A stretch of 64,000 bases of DNA, taken from Chrysomallon squamiferum. Lineage: Eukaryota; Animalia; Mollusca. The stretch covers positions 16,368,001 through 16,432,000 of the forward strand of contig CM022675.1 of NCBI GenBank assembly GCA_012295275.1. The letters are read 5' to 3'. The notes beneath the pieces were generated by a model. It worked only from the letters and a program-made list of their open reading frames with translations, did no database searches and was not told where the DNA came from. Made by a program: the position numbers and the translations under genes. This document shows, one piece after another, positions 1-14,427 of the stretch (its first letter is position 1; each line of letters begins with the position of its first letter).

Positions 1-170
1 ACTTCTTGACAATAACAGAAAACTGAGACATGGAGTTTATTACTTGTCTATAACAGAAAAAAAACTGAGACTTGAAGTTTATTAGTACTTGACAGAAACA
101 GAAATTGTTTAATATAAACTTCATTAAAATAAATATCTGGAATGAAGTTTTAACTTTATCCACTTGGTTA

Positions 171-395
171 TTTTACTTTATTACTATAAATAATGTTAAA
201 TATTTGTAAACTCACTGTTACTTCAGTATAGGACAGATTGATTTTTTACTTTATTACTATAAATAATGTTAAATATTTGTAAAATCACTGTTTTATTTCA
301 ATATAGGACAGACTGTTTTTTACTGTATTGCTATGAATAAGGTTAAGTATTTGTAAACTCACTGTTTGTTCAGTATGGGACACACTGATTTGATA
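171..395. repeat. Tandem repeat, ~74-bp unit, 3 diverged copies
   Basis: ttttactttattactataaataatgttaaatatttgtaaa..cactgtt...cagtataggacaga recurs at ~171, ~245 and ~318. Confidence 0.8.
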
Positions 396-545
396 AATCT
401 GTCAAAACGAGTAAATCTTACTAAAGTGTTTTAACTATTTTGTATTGATACTGGGTTTTTTTTTTTTTTTTACAGTAAAATAAAAATATAATGTGTGTCT
501 AATGTTGAGAGTTTTCTGTTTACATTATATTATTTTGTTTTTTAG

Positions 546-650
546 AAACAAGAACGTGACATGAGAGAATTGAACCCTGACAGAACATTTACAAACAGAT
601 CAACATACAAAGATAATGTGAAGAATCATGACAAGTCACAAATATTTTAA
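546..650 (+). CDS. Possible terminal coding exon of an upstream gene (KQERDMRELNPDRTFTNRSTYKDNVKNHDKSQIF*)
   Basis: Pyrimidine tract plus AG at 544-545, then 35 codons ending TAA 648-650; AATAAA at 912-917. No homology recognised. Confidence 0.25.
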   Translation, partial: KQERDMRELNPDRTFTNRSTYKDNVKNHDKSQIF

Positions 651-3600
651 ATTTATAATTCTCTTTATTTTTGTTTTTGTCAACAACAAAAAATAATAAT
701 AATACTGGCTAATATATAGTATAAAACTGAAATTAGTGCTATCTTAAATACATGTCACACTTACTGATCTTAATTTATTACATTTATTTTCAGCATTTCA
801 TTTTAGTGTAATTTTTGGAAATATTATTTACTGTGTTCAATCACAGACTTTTTCACTTGTTTATTTCTCTCTATTTAGTCAAATATTTTGTAAAATTCTA
901 CAGACTGTACAAATAAAAATTTAATAACATTTCAAGACTAACCAGTCATTTGATAATGACTTCCTAATTCAAATATTTTATTCTACAATAGTGAAATATT
1001 TCATAACCACCATATGGTAAACCCTATCTACATTAATAAATCTTTAACATATCTAATTGTTAAACATTTGATAAGCTGTGTCAACATTATTATGCATTTG
1101 ATAAGCAGTATCTACATTTTAAATGTTTGGTAAACCCTATCTCAATAATAAATATTTCAAAAGGACTAATGACATCATTAAACATTTCATAAGACATATT
1201 TACAGTATTTAACGTGTGATAAGCCATATCTTCCTTATTAAACATTTGGTCAGCCCCATCTACATTAACATGGACTATTTACATTATTAAGCATTAGATA
1301 AGCCCTATGAGCACTAACAAAATATTTATTAACTTTATACAAACCATCTATTAACCGGTTCTTTCAGATTATTTAATACTGATCTACAATCAGTGATAGA
1401 AAACCTGTTTCTAATTCATCATTCATATCAGACTGAGTCACAGTTCTAACATTACTTTTAATTTTTACATTTCGATTTTTTCCTTTTTTTATAATTATAA
1501 ATTTAATAATGTTTTTAATACTGTTCAATCATTCATAATAAATAAAATTATGTAATCTAGTGTTTATACAATTTATTCATTTCTTTGCATAGTTCTGTAC
1601 AAACTTTATTCCTAGAAATATTAATATTCTTAGTATATTTAAGCATCTTGTTCATTTACCTTGGAATGCTCCAAAATGGAGGGTTACACAAATACAGTGC
1701 CATTTAAAACTGCCTTTATAACCAGTGTTCCTATTTCTGATTTCTTTAAATTCTGTTTAACCATTCTATAAAGAGGTTTGAGTCAATTCTGTTTACTAAA
1801 AAATTGTTTTTTAAAAATAGAATAGACTTTCCACAAACAACAGTAATTCACAGAGATTGTAAATAAATAATCCTTTTTCCTTGTTTTATTTGTTATCCAT
1901 TACACTTTAGTAATATGTGTAAGCTGTCCCATAAAATGGATGTAAAGATAACAGACTTTACGGTTATGGTGTAAGGGTAGAGAAATGCTTCTTCCACTTT
2001 GAGTCATCTGTCAAGCCCAGACAGACAAAAATGTCAATTAAAACATTAATCTTTTTATTTTTATTTTTATAGTTTTAAGTTATATAAAAATTCAGAATAA
2101 AAAAAATAATAAAATGTACTTTGATTAGTGTGTCTTGTTTCTCATTTGATTTATTCCCCTCTGTATGAAATTCAATTATGTGAACAATTTGCTTGAATGA
2201 TTTAATTCACACTCTCTTGTTATATGATTCAGTATAATTTGGTCAAAATTAGGTGGCTGCTAAGGTGGACATTATGTCATTAACATGTATTTCATTAGTG
2301 TTTCAAATATTTGTTTGATTTACAGTAACACTGGAAAATATTGTTTATCTGATTGTTTTATTTATAATATTTTGTGAGGTAACAGATACTAAAATATTAT
2401 TTTATATATATTTAATCAAATCAACTTTTATTTAATACTTCAATTCTTTTATCTTCACTTGAACATTTATTGATGTTTTCCTTGCAACGTTTTTTTATTT
2501 CTACATACAAGATATTTTATTTTCTCTGACAGTTTCATGTATTCTAAGTAGTGACACACTGATGAATTATTATTTGCTGTATATAATTTTATTTCAGTTA
2601 CATTTCATGTTTTATAGAACTACTGTAATTTCTCAAATCTTCACAACATTTCTGTCAGTTGTCTTCCTCCTCCATTCAAACAAAAATGAGTTGACACATT
2701 CCATCTAGACATATCAGTGACTGTTGTGAATGTCTGAAAAAAAAAGGAATAATAATTTATCATAATCATCATACAGTTGTAAAATACAATTATAATTAAT
2801 TGGTTCTTTTTTTTTAAAAGATGGTATCTTCTTTCCTATCATAGTTCCTGGAATACAGATATATACATGTAATATGTATGAAAGTAAAACTTTATTATTC
2901 ATTACAAAGTAGAAACACATCAAATGAAGGGAATTAGTTAGCCTTTCACTAAAGTTTTCAGTGTTGTTTATGATCTGTCTTCTGTAATAATAATATATGA
3001 AAGAAATGGTGACTTAATATCAAATAGAAAATACTACTACAAAATTCTGTTTATAATGGCTCTACATTTAAAGTTATTTTAGAGTGTGTGTGTGTGTGTG
3101 AACAAATGTCTATTTCATATACAGACATAAACATGTAATATGTATGAGTCTAAACTGTTGTCTGTGTTATCAGTCACAAGGTAAAAACACATCAAATGAA
3201 GGGGATTAGTTACCTCTAATGATCTGTAATAAATATTGTAGATATTAGTTCCAAAATTTAAATTCGCATTAAAAAATGAGAAACTGAAGATTATAAGATA
3301 TACTGTAAACTGCTTAAGATAATAAGTGATAATTTTTCCATAATTAATGATATTTGATTTTGAATTGTTAAGAAAAAAAAAACCACCTCCTAACCATTAA
3401 AAAGAAAATTTGACAGTACTACAGTTTGAGTAGTATACAGTTGGTTATGGTGAACACAGACACATGGTCATTTTTGTAAAGTTTGTCTCAACAGAACATT
3501 CAAAAAAACAGGTGAGTGAAGACTGAGCTATACTGTAACTTGTGTTAATCAGTTTACATAAACTGCTTGATACAATAAGTGATAATTTTTTTAATTAATG

Positions 3601-6600
3601 ATGTTTGTTGATTTGGTGTAGGTCATTAAATACTGCATGTAGTGCTTGATATTATTAAAAAATATATTTTTCAATTTTTTAATTTTTTTATTTTAAATTA
3701 TCAGTGTTTATGTAGTTATGTAACCACAGAGAAAAATAGACAACTTTCTTTCATTTTTAATTTTATTAATAAATGTAGCACACACAATTTATTTCTGTGT
3801 ACTCCTTTGTTTACAAATCTTAGTAAAAAGACAGAGTGGGTATCCAAGTCAATTTCATTACATCTCAACATTTAGTTGTCTTTTCCACACCTGTACTTTC
3901 ATAACCTTTCTTCTTGTTACTATTTGTAGAAATAAGAAATTAAAATATCCATTTAACTGCACTTCTTAAATTATTGACCAAATATCTGCTTTCCTCAATA
4001 AGTTTAGGATTGTTTCACATCATCTGCCTACCAGTCTATTCTTAATTTATTTTTAAAATTGAATTCTGTACCAAAGAAATTCTGAATTAATTATTTTATT
4101 AAAGTGTTTTGTGTAGCATTAAATAAATCATAACACTAAAAACACTGATATTCACAAAACTCAAACTATGTTTCAGTTACTTTGAAGTCTATGGAAGTTC
4201 ACCAGTGACAAAAGATGAAAAATATTTTATTTTCTACACTTATTTGTAAGTGGTAGATAATACAATATTTGATTCCCATTGGAAATCAAACAGGCTTCTT
4301 TTCTTTTTTCTTTTTTCAAGTAGTTGTTTTCTAATCTGTGACAAACACACTTTAACATTAACTGATCTGGGTTCATAAAAATGGTTTTCTAATGTTGTAA
4401 AAAGGAGACTCAGTCTGAAGAGTATATTAATTTCTAGAAATAAAATGAGTAACAGGATGGTAATTTTAAAATTAATGGATATTTCACATGTCTCATTTTA
4501 TTTTACAGCAGATATTAGAGGATATTTTTTTCCTTTCTAATTCTTGATGAAGTTTTAGTAGCATAAACCAAAATTTTAAATTGATATTCCGTTTTCAGTT
4601 TAACTGATATTTTTAAAATTATAATGTTTTATTTTCTAAAAAATATTATTAATAAAAATGCATTGTGTAAGGTTTGTGCATTAATGTTCTTAGTTATTAC
4701 AGTACATGTATTACAAGCACACTTAGGTTGCTGAAACTGATCTTGTTTTTTAAATAATAATATATTACAATATATACATGTCCTATTTGTGTGAACAAGT
4801 GAATAAAAAGTTAAAAATTTAAATTATGATTGTTCATTAACTACAGATATCATCATTGCTTTAATCAATGGTGTGTTTAAAGGTTGCAGTTCCTTCAGAA
4901 TAACAGCTCAATCAGACAAATTTGCTTTCACTACAAATTATATTTTACAAATCAGAAATATATCCAAATGTTAAGAATGTTTGCAAAGAAACAAATAACT
5001 ACTAAAAGTGCAGTTGTAGTTTATATGGATTTCAAGATACAAGAGCAATTCCTGTCAAGCTATTTCAGAATTTTTGATCTTTTAAAGTTTTCAGATCTTT
5101 AATAGTATTTCAGTCATTCATTTTGGTGAAATATTCTAAAATTCTAAAAGATCATTTTACTTTTTATTAACGGTATTTGCTGCATAATCTTTTATTATCA
5201 GTAAGTTATTTTTATGTACATGTTCCCATACAGATACTGCGTTTTCCATGTCCTTTGATAAACCAGTACTGAGACTTTGCTAAACATTTTTTATCATTGT
5301 GAATTAACATAACAATCACATTGGGTTAAATGGTTTGATAAATGAAAAAACAAAAACAAAGTAGGAACAGATACTAGTATTTACATTTCATTATCATAAT
5401 TATTTTTTATTTTATTTTATTATGTTTTTGTTTTCACCAAAAGTAAAGTTTAAATGCAAGAATAAAATGTTATGTGTACATTTAGTCATGTACTTGTTTC
5501 TCAGTTTTCTGTTAAAGGTCTGTAAAACAAATGAATTGGTATTTAAGCCCATCTCCATGATCATTAAGTTGTTAGGTGAAACACATTTGTATAAAATAAT
5601 TATACGATAGTAAATATACTTTTTATATAGTAATTGTATCAGAGTAAATATACTGTTTTTATATAATAATGTTCTAGTAATAAACAGCTTCCTCCCTTAG
5701 TCATACTTCTAGTTACATGTTTCAATAAATGCTCAATCAAACCAAGCTTTAAACAACAAATTTCTAGAAATGATTAGATCATAACACGCTATATATTGGG
5801 TATAAATAGTATTCTTAAAACACTTTTTTCTTTATAAAAAGAAGTTTTAAAATACATAAGAGAAAAATATATAAAAAGGTAAATTCAAAGGATAACAACT
5901 ATAAATTTTCTATTAGTTTAGTTATCTGGGGAATCTGTATGCATCGCATAATAAATTTCAGTAAAGGGACATAACTACATGTTACATGTTAGTGTGTTCT
6001 GTCAATCATTTAACAGACAGCAGGTGTGTGTTTGTGCATGCCTTTTTCTTGTATTTATTTTATTTCACTACACCTAAAATGTTTTCTTCTTTTTTTTTCA
6101 TCTTATATTACCTGAATACATATTTTTCATTTTTTTCTTTTTAATTATTATTTAATTTCATTTTTCTTTCTTTCTTTCTTTTTTCTTTATTTATTTATAT
6201 AAATTATGAAATTTTATGGGCTTTTCTTTCCAAATTCATAAATATAAATGATGTTATTTTAGTAAACACTAAAAAGCAATACAAACCTTTGTTGAAAGAA
6301 TTAAAAATGTGAATTAAAAAGGCAAAGAGATGTGACTTAATGTAAAACTATACCTTAGTACTCTTAAAAGACAAATGACAATTTGCTACTTTAGTAAAAT
6401 TAGTTGTTTTCAACTGTAAATTTGTTTCAAAACCAGTCTTTATCAAATGAATATACAAATAAAGTGCTTTCCTTGTTCTTTCTATATTATATGAAAGGTG
6501 TTTTTGTGGCTTCTTTTGAAAGACAGTCATCAAAGAGAAAAAACAAAATCATATCTGACCATTTAATTAGAGAGTGTCCCAAATCAGTGGTGGTTTATTT

Positions 6601-8302
6601 TATAAATATCAAAAAGGACAGTTTGTAAAAAGTATTGAAAGCTGTCAGTAAAAAAACAACAAAGCATGTATTTGTCTGATTTCACCAATTTAAATTAATT
6701 TGATCTTTAACTTGGCATTGTTTTAAATTTACATTTTACAGAAATTGAAGAGACAGTTTCAGTGTTTTAGGATTGTGTGTGTCTGTGTGTGCCAGTGTCT
6801 GTGTGTGAAGGTGCAGATGCATGTTAGATGGTCAACAGTATCACATGCACATATTACACATATTATACATATTACCAGACAAAAATTTACAAAATCAATA
6901 AATAACAGACCAACAAATTTGTCAGCTTACATATATCACCTAAACAGAATTAACTGGAATCGCCCATCAAACTGCAGCCACTGCATCAGAACAGCTGAAA
7001 CTGCTGAGCTGTCCCAGCCTAACAGCACCAGTTTCATCAAGAAGAGATTTATGGAAACTTGAAAGGAAACATCTTTTTCTGTGAATGATAGTTTCCTGCA
7101 CTTAAAGCAATCAGGACTAAAAGTAAAACTCAAAGGTTTGTTTTTGTTTTACATTTCTATTGCAAAATTCATCAGTTCAAAGTCAATTTAACTGTTAAAA
7201 GCTAAATGTGCAAAGAACTTGTCAAACAGAGCTAAAATTGGGAGGGAGTATTTAGGATAGAAGGTCAACATTTTTCAAGAACTCAGTTTTCTTCATGATG
7301 GAATTTAATGGAAAATGACAAACTCATTATAACAATGTTGTTATACTTATATAAAATAATAAAAATATTTGTCATGTTTTCATACAACACTGTTGTTAAT
7401 TAAAGAATGTATTCAGATTTTTTCAGTTATTCTTATTCCTTCATCAGCATGTTTGACAGTATCAAAAGTGACTGCAAAATATCATGTGGAATTTGTATTT
7501 TTATGTTTACCACTTGCTAAGAAATTACTGATAAATATTTATATTTATACAACTATTTTACTACAACAACTACAGCTATCATTATTACTACTGCTGCTGT
7601 TACTACTACCACTATCATCATTATTACTGGAAATGATGTTGAAAGTTGTAGTATGTAAACAATAAAAAATGAACAGATTTTCTATTCACAACTAATAAAA
7701 TTTATTTGTTTTTAGCATATTCAGACAGAAAAAATTCAACACTGTATAATTTTACTATTTTATTTATCATAGATGTAAACTAAATTAATGTGGGGTTTTT
7801 GTGGGGTTTTGTAGTTTTTGGTTGTTGTTTTTTGTAGGAATCAGAAATCCAGATAATAACTCCAGTATAGAACATCATTGCTGTCACATTTCACAGAAAA
7901 TGAATAATTACAAAATATTCCATGTCTCCCTTTCATTTTCCCTACTCTCTAAAATTTTACCAGATAAAATTCAGAAAAAAAAAAAAAAAAAAAAAAAATG
8001 CAAGCATCTCCATCAAAACAAAAACAAATACTTGGAATAAAACACACACAAAAACCCACACCAAACAACAACAAAAGAACCAAAAACTAAAAAAGAGCAA
8101 ACCAAACAAGCAACAAAATCTACAAATTTTATATTAAAACAAGTTATGGGTGGATGAAATCATGAAGTTGCTACAAGGATGGTGAAAGGTAATGGAACAA
8201 AATGGCATATATATATAGTTGAATAATTCTCTGTAAAAATATCAAAATATCATTTATGGATTTCACTGAAAAAAATATAAAAATTTCTGTATTTATAATT
8301 CA

Positions 8303-8503
8303 GAAAATTGTCAATAAATTCAGTAAAGTAATTTGGTCAGTGTAAAGCACATAGCTGTTTTCAACCTCCTGAGGAGTCAGAGACAGCTTGACAGTTAATG
8401 TGGTACTCACTGTTTTCTGACTTTTATCAGGAAAGTAAGGCAACGTTTTTCTCACTGATCAACACACTGTCCTATTTAAAAAAAAATATTGGGTGGTCAT
8501 CAC
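8303..8503 (+). promoter_or_regulatory. Conserved upstream non-coding element, copy 1 (upstream of gene A)
   Basis: Aligns with 9737-9947 and 37464-37665 through caacct.ctgaggagtc, cagcttgaca, an invariant CTTTTATCAGGAAAGT (8421-8436) and ggtcatcac. Confidence 0.6.
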
Positions 8504-9736
8504 TAAAAAAAAAATAATTACTGTGAATCTGTATAATCAGTTATTATGGATAATCCTGACAGTTTAAAGTTATAGATAGATGTTCCAGGACATTCTACAC
8601 ACAACAATACACATACATTCACAGAACCATACATAAATATACACACACACACATACATGCCCACAGATATAAAGACATACATACATTAATATTATACACA
8701 CAATGTCATAGAGATGTAAATATAAGAAAAAAATTATAAATTTATTTACATTGTAAACTAAAACACTGTATGTATTGATATTAAGAAATGTTTATCAGTC
8801 ACAGTAACCTATGATCAATGAGGTGATCAATAGTTTATAAATCCTTGATTATTTAGAACCAACTTTATTTTAATGTACAAATTTAAAACAAAAATTATAA
8901 AACTATTAGTTGTATATGAAATAGAGATGTTTTTCTGTTTAAATTTACATGATATTCTCCATTCATTGAAGCCAGTCAACATAATTTGGTTTGTCTTGAA
9001 TTTAACCTTTTTTCTACTGAGCTGCTATAATATATCAAGAATGTTTTCATAAATCTAGTAATAAAATATTGTGAATGCAAAAAATAAGAAAAATCATGTG
9101 ATGGCCTGACATTTGTCAGCTTCAAGGTTACTAGTTTAACCACGTGAAACAATTAATTTTCTCAAGTATCAAACTGTTTTTATCATCAAAGTAAAATACG
9201 GTTTCTCATTGGTGAGATTCAAAAATTTATTTTAATACTGGTGTAACAGGTGCAAGAAGAAACATGATTGCTTACTCTGTATTGATTTTTCTTTTTCTAG
9301 TTTAAGATTTATATTCTATGTGGGTACATGTGGATGATACCAGAAACAAAAAATAAGGCAACACAGGTTGAAAATCAGACCCTTGAATGATGAAAATATT
9401 GGTAACCTAAGAATATTTTAACTGAATTCAATAATATTCTCCACATTTAACATTTAAGATGTGTGTTTTCTGATCATGGGAGTTTTAGAATCTTATATAT
9501 ATATAACTGCATATCCATATACTGTCAAGTCTCCATTTAATATTGTGCTGAAACCAAAGTTTGTAGTGTTAATACCAGTTCCTCACCAAGAAGATGGCAA
9601 GTTCTGGGAGGAAGATGGTGAAAAGGAATGGAACAAGATGGCACTTACAAGACCAAATAATTCTGTGTACAAATATAAATATTAGCTTTATTTAAAAACT
9701 GCTACGAACTTTCTTCAAAATATTATTTGTAATTCA

Positions 9737-9947
9737 GAAAGCTGTCCGTAGGTAAAGTAATATGGTGATTGTAAAGCTGTCAGAACCCACAAGGTTATTG
9801 TACAACCTCCTGAGGAGTCTAACAGGTGCCAGCTTGACATTTAATTCTGAAATCACTGTTATCTCACTTTTATCAGGAAAGTGAAAGAAAGATTTCTTAT
9901 TGATCAATAATATGATTCAATTTAAAAATTTATTGTGTGGTCATCAC
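9737..9947 (+). promoter_or_regulatory. Conserved upstream non-coding element, copy 2 (upstream of gene A)
   Basis: Same blocks as 8303-8503; CTTTTATCAGGAAAGT at 9867-9882. Confidence 0.6.
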
Positions 9948-11271
9948 AAAAAGTTAATACAGAACAAATAAATAAAGCTTTTTGTTACTAGTTTACACTA
10001 ATGACCAGAGATGTCTACAACAAACGATAAACCTGAATTAAAACCGATTTCTAATTTGCTCTGTATTAACTGTTTGTTTTCTATAATATACTCTTAGATT
10101 TATGTTTAATGTGTGTATACCTGCACTGTTATAGAAACTGTTATAAAGGATATCTTTGTGACATTTTGCAAACAATATATTTGGTTAAATTGATTTATAT
10201 TTCTAGATTTGGTCAGTGGTGAGAGTCCCTCTTAAAAAAACTGGCTCAAAACAGCAGCATACATAATTTCAGGTATAATCCCGAAATAAAAGTTTTAGTT
10301 TTTCCCCTCCCCCCAGCCTTCTCAAAGATGAAATAAAAGAGGGATTTGGCATCATTTAGATAATAAAATTTTAATATCAGTACAAAGACAATCTTGCCTT
10401 GTTTTAATGTTTAAACTCTGTTTCAGTAAATATATTTCTTTTCTGTATCTACTATAAATAAACTTATTAAAGTAATAATTTTTATATGTATACAATCTTA
10501 AGATTTCTATATATGAAGTAGGGAAAATATAAAACAACAATAAGTATTTAAAATATATATACATATATGCATATATGTATGTATGTATGTATGCATACAT
10601 GTATACATATATATATGTATATATGTAATAGATAGATAGATATTAACAATTATAATAAGTAAATAAGCTGCTTTTAAATGCCAGTATAAGTAAATAAATT
10701 TCTGCCTAAATTCTAGGGGCATGAATCTAAAGTTGATGTATAATTATATTTTTAAATAATTAAATAACATAATTAAATAGGAATTGAGAAAAACAATTGG
10801 TGACAGTAATTTATTATTTTTATATCCTTTTATGGTGCAAAGTTCATTTAACAACCCAAGTCTGATTTAATTGAATTAGTAGATAGTCATAACATTTCAA
10901 CTGGCCAGGCAACCAAGCTTTAACAAATCAGAAATATCTTAATTGTGGACTCTGTTAATGAGGAAAATTTAGAGGAAATTTCAAATTCAATTATGATAGA
11001 ACCAATAGTATGGAATATACTTCCATGGAAACTGGATATACAAAGTGAGACAGTGGTAGATTTGACAAACTTTTAAACAAAATCCAAGATGGCTGCCATC
11101 ACTGATGGAAGATACAGAATATGGCATATCCCTGGAACTACTTGACCAACTTCAGTTATGTTAATTCTATAGTAGGGTTTTCAAGCAATCCTGATAATCT
11201 GAAAAACGTATCAATGATAAAGATGACAAATAGTGCATGACACAAGAAATACGTCACATCATTTCAATACT

Positions 11272-11411
11272 GGTAACATCTGCCGCACGTGAACAAGGTG
11301 AAAAAAATGACATTCAATAAAAATTAATTAAATTACAGAACATCTTCTGACTATAAAGGAAACACTTCAATGGAGATAATAGAGGACTGTGAAAACGTGA
11401 ATGCTGCAAAA
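11272..11411 (+). promoter_or_regulatory. Proximal promoter and 5' UTR of gene A, TATA box at 11352-11357
   Basis: acagaacatcttctgacTATAAA..ggaaaca is conserved with 38530-38672 upstream of gene B; the TATA lies 60 nt before the ATG. Confidence 0.75.
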
Positions 11412-11469
11412 ATGACTTTATTCCAAGTTTTTGTTATTTGCTTGGTGCTGCAGGTGTCACTTTGAAAGA
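11412..11469 (+). CDS. Gene A exon 1, signal peptide with TGA at 11463-11465
   Basis: ATG, hydrophobic core and A|gtaagt donor; codon-for-codon paralog of 38673-38730. Confidence 0.75.
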
Positions 11470-13980
11470 GTAAGTATTCTACATATTTACATTTAAAACA
11501 CATTGTTTATTACTTTTCATTGTTGGTACATGTACTTACATATTTTAGTTTTGTATTCACTGTGGAGCACTGTCTAGCTGTCAAGGCCTTTTTCCTTGGT
11601 TCCTTCCTTCATTCCATTTTTTTAGAATTTCTTTTTAGTACATGTATATGTAACAATAACCTGTATAAGAGAATAACCATTTCTGATTGACATTAGGCAC
11701 CAGATTTGTTAACACTAATTTATCATTAATGAATTATACATCAGAAAATGCTTCCATTTTTCTTTTTTTAACATGAATATTCAAACCTACTTCTATTATG
11801 CTTTTTTTGCCAGTACAAGTTACTGGCTCAGAGCTTCATAAGAAAATGTGACAAATGCAAATATTTGAAAAATAGAATCGCTGAAACTAAAATATTGACA
11901 ATGGGTAGCCAAGTGTTGTTCTGTTTCCACATTTTGGTAAAGCACAAGATAAAAGAGCTGTTGGCACTGAGAAACATGGTTTTTTTTTTCAAAATGTGGA
12001 AACACCAATCCATATTTTGTAGTTTTACTCAAAAGATAGTCAGTGGACACATTGGATTTTGTTAGGAAATTACCTGACATATCACCAAGTTTTACTAAAT
12101 ATTCACATTCCTCTTATTTATTTATTTGTTTATTATCAATTTACTTTTTATTTTAAACAAATTTCTTTACAAAATGTGTGTATGTATATATATGCATATA
12201 TATCTATGTATGTATGTAATATTTACATCTGCCTCTATAGTACTAATTTCAACCAACTGCATAAATTTAGGCACATTTTATTCAATCAAAACAAATGAAT
12301 TAATATTATATTTTATTACATTACATTATATTGTATTGTATTGTATTGTATTGTACTGTATTGTATTGCATTGTATTGTGTAGTGTTGCAAATTATTGTA
12401 ATGCATCATATCATATTATGCATTATATATTTATATTATATTAGGCACTACAAAGTGATTTTCTGTTTGGGACATACAAGGTTGATTCCTATCTGTATTT
12501 GTAGATATTTTCATCCTGATTTCAGTGAAAATAAATCTGAAATTGTCCTGAATTTATGATTTCTTTAAAATTAAATTTTTGATGCCATTTCTGCACAGTT
12601 ACCATTTTCAACAAACCTTGATTATAAGGTGTGTTCTTAAGCAAGGTGTGTATGACAAAGATTATTTCTAAAGATGTCATACTGAATGTTGCAAACATAC
12701 ATTCTAAATTCTTAATATTCTCTGCAAGGACATTTCCACTCATGTAAAATCAATGTTGTGCTACTGTTAACATGGTTTCTCAATCAAATTAACTGGAGTG
12801 AAAAGATCCAGACGATGAAATACATTTAGAAGAGATAAATTAGAGGATTAATTTTTATGGAGTTCAAGTTTTCTTCAGCATCAAGGTACAGTCTTGGTTC
12901 TAGTAAAGTCTATTTAAATAATAACAGTTAAATGTCATTTCCTCTTGATAGTGAGACTCAAAGCAGTTTATAGTGACACTATATCAAGAACATATGGACA
13001 GAAATTGAATGGATAATGAATTATACTGTAATAATACATACAATGATTGATGATGTAATTGTAAATGGAGCACAAGCTGACTTTCACTTGGATATTGTTT
13101 AAGAAGTGACTTTGAGCATGTGTTTTTAGAAGCCTGTTTGAAGCCTTATGAAACAAATATCAAACCAAACACAAGCCTGAATTAAGGAAATCTGTCCTGA
13201 GTAACCTACTAAATCATTATTTATTATGTATGTAATATGGTTTGAAACAAACAATAAAAATAACAAACTTAATTTTTTCCCACTGACACTATTTAGCCAC
13301 ACTTGTTCCATTATCAGTTCCAATGTTTATTTCCAAGGCTTTGCTGCATTACAGAAGAAAAAAAAGAAAAAAAGGTAAATATTATTACATAAACAATCAT
13401 GAATAAGAAGGCTATTTTTAGATCACAACAACAGTTGAGAAACTAAAGTCATGCAACAATAGATGTTTCACTTCTTTGGGCATCAGAAATAAATAAACTA
13501 CCCAACATTTCACACATTTTGAGCAGGACTCCTCAACACAGACTGTAACTAACGTGATGTGATGTCCTAAACAACTCTGATGATTTATTAACCAAGGAGG
13601 AGGCAGACAGTGTATATGTAACCAGCTCCAATATCATTAAACCCAGATCATTTAAATCAGTCCTGGGCAAACTGCAGCCCGTGGCTTTCTGAGTGGCCTG
13701 CCTAATTTCACAAGGAAAATAGCGATAATTCAAATTTCATAAAATGAGTCTATTTAATTTCACTGTCTTTTAAGAGATGAAATATTTTTCTTTACTATGA
13801 GATTTTTTTAAAAGGGTCTGTTACTCAAAATATTCAAGAGAATTTTTACATCAGTTTTCTACCACATTAGGGAAGTTAATACATTTATATTGGATATACA
13901 AATGAAGCTAAGATATCTTTCCTTTTGAGTTTGTATGGAAAACGTTTGTAGAGTTAACCCTATGAGTGTAATAAGTAGTG

Positions 13981-14086
13981 TATGAATGATGTCTGTGATA
14001 CACAATCATAGATCCATAACATTACCCATAGCAAATGAGTTTGTAAAACACTTTACATATGAGGTAACATTCATGCTATAAACATG
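13981..14086 (+). repeat. ~105-bp dispersed repeat fragment, second copy at ~16180-16285
   Basis: tatgaatgatgtctgtgatacacaatcatagatcc...catgctataaacatg is nearly identical at both sites. Confidence 0.85.
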
Positions 14087-14427
14087 TAGATTTTATTCAG
14101 ATAGGTCTTGAAACAGGGAATAAATCAAGCCTTCAAAAGTCAGAAAAAATACTTCAGGACGATTTGGTTGGCCATAAATACATGGGCTTTGGAGTACCTA
14201 ATAATACTAAATTTGAGACAGCCATTGTAATAGATTGAAAATTGATGTTCTTGATTAACGGGATGTCATCTCTCTTCACAGTCTGTTACTGTGATCACAG
14301 CATCATGAAAATATACGTGTGCATATATGCTCGTAACATTACATATATACATATATATGTACAAACACGCATACAAAAAAAAAGATGATGTTTATTTAAT
14401 TTTTATTTTTATTTTTTATTCAAACAG

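Noticed and set aside
6745-7133. 105-aa ORF and GC-richer patch
   Set aside because: Partly (TG)n-derived, with no recognisable domain or convincing splice sites.
13659-13710. hAT-like terminal sequence (cagtcctgggcaaactgcagccc), similar to an opposite end near 27540-27566
   Set aside because: Short isolated relics with no TSD or pairing evidence that they bound one element.
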